Assembly: GCA_964106645.2 (NCBI GenBank)
Contig: OZ067052.1
Source: Podarcis pityusensis
Lineage: Eukaryota
Length of the DNA: 64,000 bases
Strand: one strand, 5' to 3'
Position numbers and translations under genes: made by a program. The notes beneath the pieces were generated by a model. The model saw only the letters and a program-made list of their open reading frames with translations, had not been told where the DNA came from and did no database searches. Positions 53,154 through 64,000 of this stretch are shown here, piece by piece; position 1 is the first letter of the stretch; every line of letters starts with the position of its first letter.

Positions 53154-53322
53154 GTAGAATTAACCTATGTTCCTGTGCAGTGGCCTCTTCCTAAATAGTA
53201 TTACTCCAGTAGGCAGAAGCCCACAGAGATTTGCAATTTAGTTCAGGCTCTTACCCTCCCTGGATGCTGATAATTCATTCCCAGCTCAAGAATCAAGTCT
53301 CTTCTCTTCCTTTAAGGAATGC

Positions 53323-53328
53323 TTTATT
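53323..53328 (-). terminator. TRAPPC4 polyadenylation signal
   Basis: TTTATT on plus (AATAAA on minus), about 300 nt after the stop codon. Confidence 0.55.
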
Positions 53329-53626
53329 TACATTTGCAAACATACAGTGCTTCAGTTATAAATTAAAAGAATACATTGCAGCAGACATATATGTACATGC
53401 ACCACTCTTGAAGGAATGGTGTAGCTCTCATGTTTCCTTTCAAGCTGCCAGCCAGCTTCCTTCAGCAGCAGCCAAGATTCAGCACCAACCACATCCACTC
53501 AACAGCAATACTCCCTGTTCTGTGCTCTGGAATTGCAGTCAAGGTGGCTATGAACAGATGGTCATCTGTCTGACTCATATTTTAGTTGTTTAGTCCACTG
53601 GGTGACTGAAGAGGGATAAATCCACC

Positions 53627-56600
53627 CTACAATCCTGGTCCAAAAGGCCCTGCTTTCTCTGCTACCTCCAGCGCAAGCTTCAAGTTCTGATCAAAGAGCT
53701 CACATCTGAAATGGTGAAACAAACACAAGAGAACTAGAACATAACCACACTGGAGCAGGTTTAGAACAGTAAGTCACCCATTTTCCATTTTATTCTCAGT
53801 CTAGGGTGAATGTCTGAACGAAGTGCAACTGTGTGATTCAGCATTAGTAAGGTATGAAATACCATGTCAATGCAGCCTGAAGATCAACCTTGGGGACCCT
53901 CTAGACGTTGTTAGACTACTCCCATCAGTCCCAGCAAACATGACCCGTAGTCAGGGATGATGGGAGCTGGAAGGCTTCCAGGCCCTGTTGAAGATGCTTT
54001 TGTTCTCTCTCCTTGATAAGCTTAACTTCTTGAATCAACACTGGCACTGTGGAAAATGCCCCCCAGGCATGAAGTGTTCAATAACATGTCTCAGTGTGAG
54101 GGCATGTAAGAAACTGGAAGCATGCAGACTTACTAGGCCTCATACACTATCTAATGTGACACTGCCTATCTATTGTGATCACATTCCACAGTTGTTCATG
54201 GGATTTGCCAGCATCCCAGGGAATAAACTGAGGGGTTCAGGAGCCAGGAGGGCTTTTCTCTCTTGTAATACTCATGTACATTGATTTTTAAACACATGGT
54301 GGGGGGAATCAATTTTAGTAAGGGAGGGTTTTACTGTGAGAATGTGCATTTGATCTCTACCTGATTGGCATCTCCAAGGAGTAGAAAGGATTTTTCAGAG
54401 CAAAGTCTGAATAAATCTCATAAATCTTGCGCAGAAGGGAATCTATCCCAGACTGCCGTGGATCAGCAAGCACCACAAATTTTATCCCTGAGGATATGAA
54501 AAACAGAGTTAGAGCAAGCCACATCCAAAGCAACACATACAACTGGCTTGAGTGATTTTAAAATGCACAAAAAGGTTCATTCCTTGTCATTCTTCCTCAA
54601 TAAAGACACTGCAAGGCAAAGGCAGATATCAAATGCCAGGTACCAGGCAGATGGAACAGCAAAGGAAGAGAAAGTTAACTATTAGCTACCAAGGTTTTGT
54701 TGGTTTTAAAGCCCTACACAACTAGGGACCAGGATAGCTAGCAAGCTCCCAAGGACACCCTGCAAGTCATTCCACCATCACTGGATTGCCACTTGGTAAT
54801 GCGGAAACAGGCCTCAGTGATGGCTCCCACCTTTTGCAATGCCTTACCGCGGGAAATTTATGGAGACAGTAATGATATTTAACTGCCTCTTAAAACATCT
54901 GTTTACCCAAGCTTCGTTGGACTCCTGACTCTTACACTTTTAATTCTATTTTGTGATACATACTTTTGTTTTTAGGTAACTTAACTGATTGGGAGTTTTT
55001 TTGTTGCTTTTTATAAGCTGCTGCTACTACTACTACTTATTATTAATAATAATAATTACATTTGTATAATGCTCTTCACCTGAAAATGAACAGCAGTTCA
55101 CAACATAAAATTACAAAATGAAATTATAAGAACACAAGATTAATAATAATAATAATAATAACAACAACAACAACAACAACAATAAACAACTCCCTGGGGA
55201 GAGACGATTATTAGGTTAAGCGGTAGAAACATTTTATTTTTTTGTAAACCACTTGTGATTTTTATATAATGAAGTACACATAATAGTTATTAAACATTTG
55301 TCTTTTACCACTTCTCCACAAAGAGTAGCACTTCTAGGAACATCCTCACTGAATGTCGCTGCAGAACTTTACTTGCTCAAGTGGGGTCTGCTGTCCATAC
55401 TAACTAAAGGTCAAGAAATGCAGATATTATAAAAGAAGCAATACCTGTTAGAGTCTGAAAACAGTGTAGCTTGAAAGTGTCGGTCTCTAGCATCTCAATT
55501 CCAGAGCTCCCCTGCTCGGGAGACAGTTGGGACCCAATCGCAAACAACCTGCGCATAAAACAGAGCCCCAAATTGTACCAATTGATGAAGTGCCTTCCCC
55601 ATATCAAAACCAGTCAACCCCTCTCCCTTTCTGGGTTCTGGCAAACATCTCATCCACCCCTGACTCACGAGTGGAACATGGAGGCCAGCATGAGCTTCTC
55701 ATTGGATGACAGTCGGGGGCGACCAAAGCGGATTGACACTGGGTAGTTGGCTGGGTTGCCCAGGAACTCCAGCACATCCCTGCCGTCACCAGTGTACCTT
55801 CCGTTGACATCAATGCCGTTGATGGCAAGCACAGCATGGCCCACTGCAAAGAAGGGAAGAGGCAGTCACCATTCAATACCCCCTCTCACCCGGCACTGGC
55901 AATCCTTCCTGCATCAGTACCTCCCCTGTCTCCCTCACCCTTGGGAGCTCTGCCAATCAGTGGAGTAAAGGAGCAAGAGCAGCTCCAGTATACAATGTAT
56001 ACAATGTCATTTTCTGGAGCAGAATTTGCCAGTGACATAACCTGAGATGGGTGGTGGGTGTTAGGTCTGACCAGGTTCAGCTTGGGATCCCTATATTAGG
56101 TAGGCAAAGCTTAGCCAGTGAACATCTCTGAGCCACCCTGAGATCTTTGGATTTAAGGTGGTGTGCTAAATAAACAATAAATAAAACCTTTGGGAGCTGG
56201 TCAAAACGTTTTACTATAAATGTCACACCTGAGGCTAAAAACCCTCAGAAGCATAAATGTACAGTGGTATCTCTGGTTACGTACTTAATTCACTCTGGAG
56301 GTCCGTTCTTAACCTGAAACTGTTCTTAACCTGAAGCACCACTTTAGCTAATGGGGCCTCCCGCTGCTGCCACGCCACCCCCGTGCAATTTCTGTTCTCA
56401 TCCTGAAGCAAAGTTCATAACCCGAGGTACTATTTCTGGGTTAGCGGAGTCTGTAACCTGAAGCGTATGTAACCCGAGGTACCACTGTATTGATAATAAA
56501 TTATCAATGGCCATCAAAACCAGCTGCTGGAGGCAGCCACCGTACCCTGCCTAATGGTAAGGGGGTCGGAGAGAATCGCTGGTGGGACCCAGTTGTTCCC

Positions 56601-57370
56601 TCTCCCTGCCGCAAAAAGCCCAATTCCCTGATCCCTTGTGAGCCACCCTTTGCCAGAGGAGCCTAATGAAGTGGACATGGTTCAGGTGTGCGCTGCCACC
56701 AAAGCTTTTTCAACTCAAGGAGCAGCTGTCATGAGTTCCGTCTCCCCTTCAATGTACAAAGGCAGCGAAGGCACCAGAAAATAATAAATAATAATAATAA
56801 TAATAATTTTTTATACCCCGCCCATCTGGCTGGGTTTCCCCAGCCACTCTGGGCGGCTTCCAACAAAACACTAAAATACAATAACCTATTAAACATTCAA
56901 AGCTTCCCTAAACAGGGCTGCCTTCAGATGTCTTCTAAAAGTTTGGTAATTATTTTTATCTTTGACATCTGGTGGGAGGGCGTTCCACAGGGCGGGTGCC
57001 ACTACCGAGAAATAAAAAAAATCGCGGGTGGGGTGGGGAGGCAGAGTGGGGAAAGTATACTTATTGGGGGAGGGGGGAATACAGCGCTTGTTAACGAAAT
57101 GGGGGGGGCTCCGCTCGTCCCCCTCGGGCGCCGCCTGTGTCGAAAGGGCCCAGCCCCCGGGGCCGCTCCTTTGCCGGCTGCTTCCCGCCCCTCACCGCGG
57201 ATGCCGTCGCGCTGCCCGAAGGAGACGAGGACATGCTCGTCGTGCGGGCGCAGCACCAGCTCGAGCGGGAAGCTGAAGGTCTTCTCGGTCTCGGCCCTCG
57301 GCGCGTAGTGGTCCAGCTGGTAGATGAGCCCTCCGGCCTTGTTCACCACATACACGCTGAAGATGGCCAT
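53627..57370 (-). CDS. TRAPPC4: Trafficking protein particle complex subunit 4 (synbindin/TRS23), 219 aa
   Basis: Exons (minus): 57196-57370, 55669-55843, 55445-55548, 54361-54487, 53627-53705; total 660 nt. [18 protein letters not shown]...[26 protein letters not shown]. Confidence 0.97.
55138..55184. repeat. Compound (TAA)n(CAA)n microsatellite
   Basis: taataataat...acaacaacaacaac. Confidence 0.85.
56262..56487. mobile_element. Tc1/mariner MITE (uninterrupted copy of the outer element at 42849)
   Basis: CAGTGGTATCTC...GAGGTACCACTG, TA-flanked; the body is nearly identical to 43121-43311. Confidence 0.85.
56786..57010 (-). mobile_element. L2-type LINE 3' end
   Basis: (taa)n followed by tataccccgcccatctggctgggtttccccagccactctgggcggcttcc...agggcgttccacagggcgggtgcc. 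Confidence 0.7.
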
Positions 57371-57551
57371 CGCGGCTTCCGTCTGACGTCACGCCGCTCC
57401 TGCCCAGCTCCCTGCCTGAGTATCTCTTCCGGTGCCGCCCCGGAAGGGACCCTCGGCTACGGGGTTTCCCGGCCTGCCCACACAGGCGCCTTCCTTTCTG
57501 GCCGGAAATCGCTGAGGGAGAAGCAGCGACCGTAGCCGCTCCGACTGCACC
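57371..57551. promoter_or_regulatory. TRAPPC4/RPS25 bidirectional promoter with TCT/5'TOP initiator
   Basis: 181 nt separate the divergent ATGs. CRE TGACGTCA 57384-57391; inverted ETS sites at 57426-57432 and 57440-57446; polypyrimidine CTTCCTTTCT 57490-57499. Confidence 0.8.
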
Positions 57552-59473
<1,922 letters not shown>

Positions 59474-60524
59474 AAGGTGAGCTGCTTCTCAGTGCTGGCA
59501 GTATGGCTTGGTGGAATTCTATCATGGCAGTTATTTAGCAGGCAAATGGTTCTAATTAATTTATCTGTTTGTTTTGCAGGTTCTTGGGAGGTTTTTTTAA
59601 GACTCTGTAAATGACTAAAATAAAATAATTTCAACTCCTGAAGTTTTGTGTGGTTTTCTGCTCAGTGAAGTTAAGTACAGCTTTGTTTCTAATAGTCAGG
59701 GACCATAGCAATCAGTCATTGAAAAGCCTTTACTCATTTTCATACCAGGCTGGCCTGCAAGTGCATGGCTATGTAATTTAAAAATTATGTCCCGGGGCCA
59801 TGACATAAAACATGCAGATACTACCACCCAGTCTTTGTTTTTACTGTGCCAATGAGGCTATCATGGGAGCTATTTATAAACAGGCTTCTAGTCTCCTTAT
59901 AACAGCATAGATTATTAGATCATAGTGGAGGGATAAAGGACTCCCAGCTGTCCAGATTTAAAGGCCCTGATGCAGGAGGGTTCTGATGAAGAGGTCGTGC
60001 TTAACCACCCACTCAAACAGCCAGGACATTGTGCAGTGTAGGGGGTGTTCAGTCCAGCAAGGTGTCAAGGAGTTGAGCGCTGTTGAAATGAATCCTCTGC
60101 TTGTAGGAAATGGAGACCTGGCATTGGAGCAGGCCTGCATTACACCATATTCCTACTGGATACTGTGCAAACAGAATGTGGAATGCTTAGCCCTTTGGGG
60201 TAAATGTGGCATGTTGCACAAAGTGAGCTAGTGCCTTTTAATAAAAATTAAAAAAAATACAGGAGAAAAGTAAGCCCTTAGAACAGCCAGGGATAAGAAC
60301 ATGTTCCCAACTTTTACAATAACTGCCTTAGAGGAGCTATCTGTTTAAGAAAGATGAGTTGAGATGAGTGGAATTGTAAAACACATTTTATATTTAATGA
60401 TACTTTACTACAGAATAACCACATGATACTTGCTGACATACAGAATGTTCAAAAAGAAAAGTCTTCATCTGGCATCTTCTCAGGCTGCACAACCTTCTGT
60501 AATTGAATCAGGCCTTTCTTCCCT

Positions 60525-63500
60525 TCAGTCAGTTTTTTGCCGTTTCCTTTTAGGGCCAGGATGTTTCTGTGCTTCAGATTTGAACTGATGTCTAGAAAAA
60601 GTATGGTTAATAAAAGCTTAAAAGAATGAACCAGCCACCACATCAGTTGCAGAGCCACCATGTTCATTCCCTTACAAATGAGTGTATTGCCAATTATCAT
60701 TTTAATTGGGGGCAGGGGGAGAATAAACTCCCATACCATATATTTTTCAAAGTGTTAGATCAAATTCATCAAAGGCCTGGATAAGCAGTTGTGTTTTGAC
60801 CTGACCGTGAAAGACAAAGTAGAAGCAATTGACATTTGCAAAGGGGGGAATTCTACTAGTGTACAGGGAAGGCTCTATCACTGTTCAGCAAGAAGTCCTC
60901 TACCCTGATCTCGGGGCAGGTGATAAAGAGAAATGTACACCATCAGAGACTTAAGGCTCTATGTATCAATAATGAAACCTTAAATTGGGCCCAGTAACGT
61001 ATTGGCAGCCTGTGCAGATCTTGCAGAATAGGTGTTGCTGCATAGGTCCAGAAAAAAACAAGCTAAATTTTCTGGACCATTATTCAAAGGTAGTTCTGTG
61101 GAAACAGATTATAGTAATCAAGACTCCCGGTTATCTGAGCATGCAGCACTGGGCAGACTATATTTAGAAACATCCATAGCTAATAAAAGGCACTTCTTGC
61201 CATTTTGTCGATTAATGAAAGTGAAGGGAAGTGACACAGGTCAGTTAAAAAAAAAAGAAATAATATACCAGGACAGATAACTTCAGTAACAAGTACTCTA
61301 CTTAAAGATGAAACTAAAGTTTCTGTGGCCAACCAGAAAGCGTTCGTTTTACAAAGCCAGTGTATGTTCAAAATGCTGGGGTCGAAGACTCAACTAGTAT
61401 GTGCTAAACGTTTGGGAATAAGTGCCTTGTAGGATTCAACCAAAGATCCACCACATCTGGTTTTCTTTGTAAGAGCCCAAGGTGCTAGAGAGCCAGCTAC
61501 AGAGCCTACCATGTAAAAGCTGCTGTATTGTCCACCGTTAAATACAGATACATTATAAAGGAAGCAAATGTGCACAGAGGCTTACCTGGACTGCCACCTC
61601 CTGCCATGGTTCCAAACCCGCCCAAAGGAGGGGAGCCACCCTTCTCCTGTCTGAGAGGTGTGATCGAAGTTGGCACCAACACGATTAGGTGGGAGCTTCT
61701 TCAGCTTCTGTTTCTCCTCTTTAAAGAAAGGAGGGTGGGGAAAGAAATCATTTTCAAGCCTCAATTGGAGTCCTAGTCTCACTTTGATTTCCAGCAAGTG
61801 AGCTGTGTCATAATAAAGAGTCCCGACTACAGGGCCAAATTTCTGCATACTCACTTTCCTTGAGAAATTCTTCGTAAGAAGGTCCAATCTGTGGTGTGCT
61901 TTCCCCTTCCTCCTCCTCCAGCCAAGGGGGTTTGGCCCCTAAAGTATGGAAGGATGACAAGTTAGAGCAGCCCCATTCTTCTTACCTCCGTGTCAAATGG
62001 CAGCCTCCCCATCTGTGGGGCCATTATCTTTCCGGAGAATGCAATAAGGTATCTTTAATATTTTTTACCTTCCTGAACAAGGGTTGAAACCTCCATGGGA
62101 ATGTGGTGGGAATGTAAAAAAAAGTAAAGAACTTCTGGGAAATGATATATAATGAGATGAAAAAGATGTTGAAATATACATTTTTTTAAAAACCAGAAGC
62201 ATTTTTACTTTGTATTATAGGTCAGGACATTAATAGGCAAGATGTTAAATAGTTTTTATATGCAACAACTGCGGCAAGAGCCCAGTTAGCCCAGAAATGG
62301 AAACAAGAAGAAATTCAGACGAAAGAAGAATGGCAGACGAAATTAATGGACTATGCAGAATTGGACAAAATGACAGGAAGGATTCGAAACCTGTGGGACC
62401 AGAGATTTACAGAAGATTAGAAGAAATATATGAATTATTTGAAGAGCAACTGAAATCAAATTACGCTAGTAGGACTACAAGAAGTTTTGTAAGGAGAAAT
62501 ATAGGAAGTGTTACAAAGTAGAAAAAGACAGAGATATTGGTTATGAGTTTGAAATGTAATAGGGAAGATAAGAAATGCATACTGAGAGATTAGATTGGGA
62601 AAATTTTCAGACAAGATTGATGGAAGTCAAAAAATTGAATAAGATTTAAAAGTATGTTTAATTACTGTTGAAAATGATATGTTAAAAAAAACTAATAAAA
62701 TTATATTTTTAAAAAAAACCTCCGTGGCAGAGCACATGCTTTACATACAAAAGGTACAAGGTGCAAACCCTGGTGTCTACAGGTAGGGCTGGGAAAGATT
62801 CTGGAACCTCAGAGAGCCACTGTTAGTCACAGAGTCAACCATGTTGGGCTAGATGGACAAGTGGTCTGTGTAAGGCAGCTTCCTATGTTTCTGTTAACGT
62901 GGCTATTCTTAAGAATCTGTGTTTTTGGGCATTCTCTATTTGCAACCACAGTTAGGATCTTTCTCATGTAAGACCAGAGTTTATTAAACCTCATCATAAG
63001 ACAGGTCAAAATCATGTTTTAGAAAGTGGAGCAATCAAATCTTTGCTAGCATACCTGTGTAAATGTTGCCGCGCTCTGCTGGTTCCTGTGTTCAAAAAAG
63101 CAAAGGGAAAACCAAGGTAGAAATGATTTAAGAGAAGAGGAAGTATGTAAAGAGGCAGCTGCCATTGCTGCAAAGAAGGAGCAAGAGTTGCATTTAATTA
63201 TACAATGCAGCTTTTAAAGGTAATGTAACTCCCGATTCCAATTCCCCATGTTCACAAATTTATTAAATTTGTATACCACCCTACATCCATAGATCTCGGT
63301 GGTTCACAACATAAAAATACAAGATAAAAACACAAAATGCAAGATAAAAACAAAAAAACAAACCAATAAACCCCTCTCCCACAAACACATTTAAAAGGGA
63401 ATAGGATAATAATCAGCCAAAGGTCTGACTGAAGAACATGTTCGACTGTTGCCTAAAGGTAAAATGAAGGTGCCAGCCAAATCTTATATCAAGCTGGGAA

Positions 63501-64000
63501 TGGGGCATATCCTATCATGTACAATAAAGGTAAGGGACCACCAGACTGTTCGCTGGTCTGCCACTGGTGTAGGAGCTCTACCACTCAAGTCAAGCCATTC
63601 ATGGCAGTACAAGGCACCTGCAGTGGATTTTTTTTTATTCAAGAGATTTATATTCTGCTTTCTAAAAAAAATCTTCAACCAGGCAGACTACAATAATTTT
63701 TTTAAAAACTATCTCATTATTACCCAACCTTTAACACAATAAAATCCGTACCACTATGAGAATAAAGCGTAATCATACTCTAGTTAGCTATATTCATCCA
63801 GAACCCCAAACTAAAAGGCTTTCAAGGACAAATGGGTCATTGTGAAGAGATGAAGTGGGCTCCCATCTGCCTACCTGATGGCCAATAAAAGTTAAAGACT
63901 GTCCTGCTTCCTGCCACTCTGACTCTGGCACAGTTCTGTATGCAGATCCAGGGAATCCTTCAAGAAATGCCACATTTCTGCTTGGCCCAGGCTGCTGCTC
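60525..64000 (-). CDS. CENATAC: Centrosomal AT-AC splicing factor (CCDC84), 3' part; gene continues beyond window end
   Basis: Exons (minus): 63875->64000, 63055-63085, 61855-61938, 61586-61718, 60525-60591. Encodes [25 protein letters not shown]...[31 protein letters not shown]...[21 protein letters not shown]. Convergent with RPS25, as in human. Confidence 0.93.
62099..62715 (+). mobile_element. 5'-truncated L1 (ORF2 C-terminus plus 3'UTR) with 12-bp TSD
   Basis: Frameshifted [41 protein letters not shown]; AATAAA plus A-rich tail; TSD AAACCTCCRTGG at 62087-62098 and 62716-62727. Confidence 0.8.
62716..62890 (+). mobile_element. Squam2-like SINE whose head was split by the L1
   Basis: gtggcagagcacatgctttac...ggtagggctggga...ggctagatggac...ggcagcttcctatgtt. 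Confidence 0.6.

Overview
Vertebrate genomic DNA, most likely from a lacertid lizard or other squamate (inferred from the SINE, CR1, L2 and MITE content). It carries the gene block syntenic with human 11q23.3: HMBS (5' end, minus), VPS11 (minus, 16 coding exons, 923 aa), HYOU1/ORP150 (plus, 24 coding exons, 992 aa, ends NDEL), SLC37A4/G6PT (plus, 429 aa plus an optional 22-aa exon), TRAPPC4 (minus, 219 aa), RPS25 (plus, 125 aa) and the 3' end of CENATAC/CCDC84 (minus). I assembled the exon chains by hand, and the five complete genes sum to whole codons. Main points of interest: (1) a candidate protein-coding alternative (erythroid-type) first exon of HMBS behind a GATA/CACCC promoter, in a gene that lacks the internal Met used by the mammalian erythroid isoform; (2) a textbook AT-AC U12-type intron and a GC-AG intron in VPS11, about 40 kb from the minor-spliceosome factor CENATAC; (3) a VPS11/HYOU1 bidirectional promoter combining CLEAR, ZNF143 and ERSE/ERSE-II motifs; (4) an unexplained E2F plus double-CHR cell-cycle module at the SLC37A4 CpG island; (5) several nested transposon insertions and an LTR-like insert flanked by a 79-bp duplication. 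There are no prokaryotic-type features. Comparisons to human sequences are from memory, not from a search, and repeat family names are approximate.
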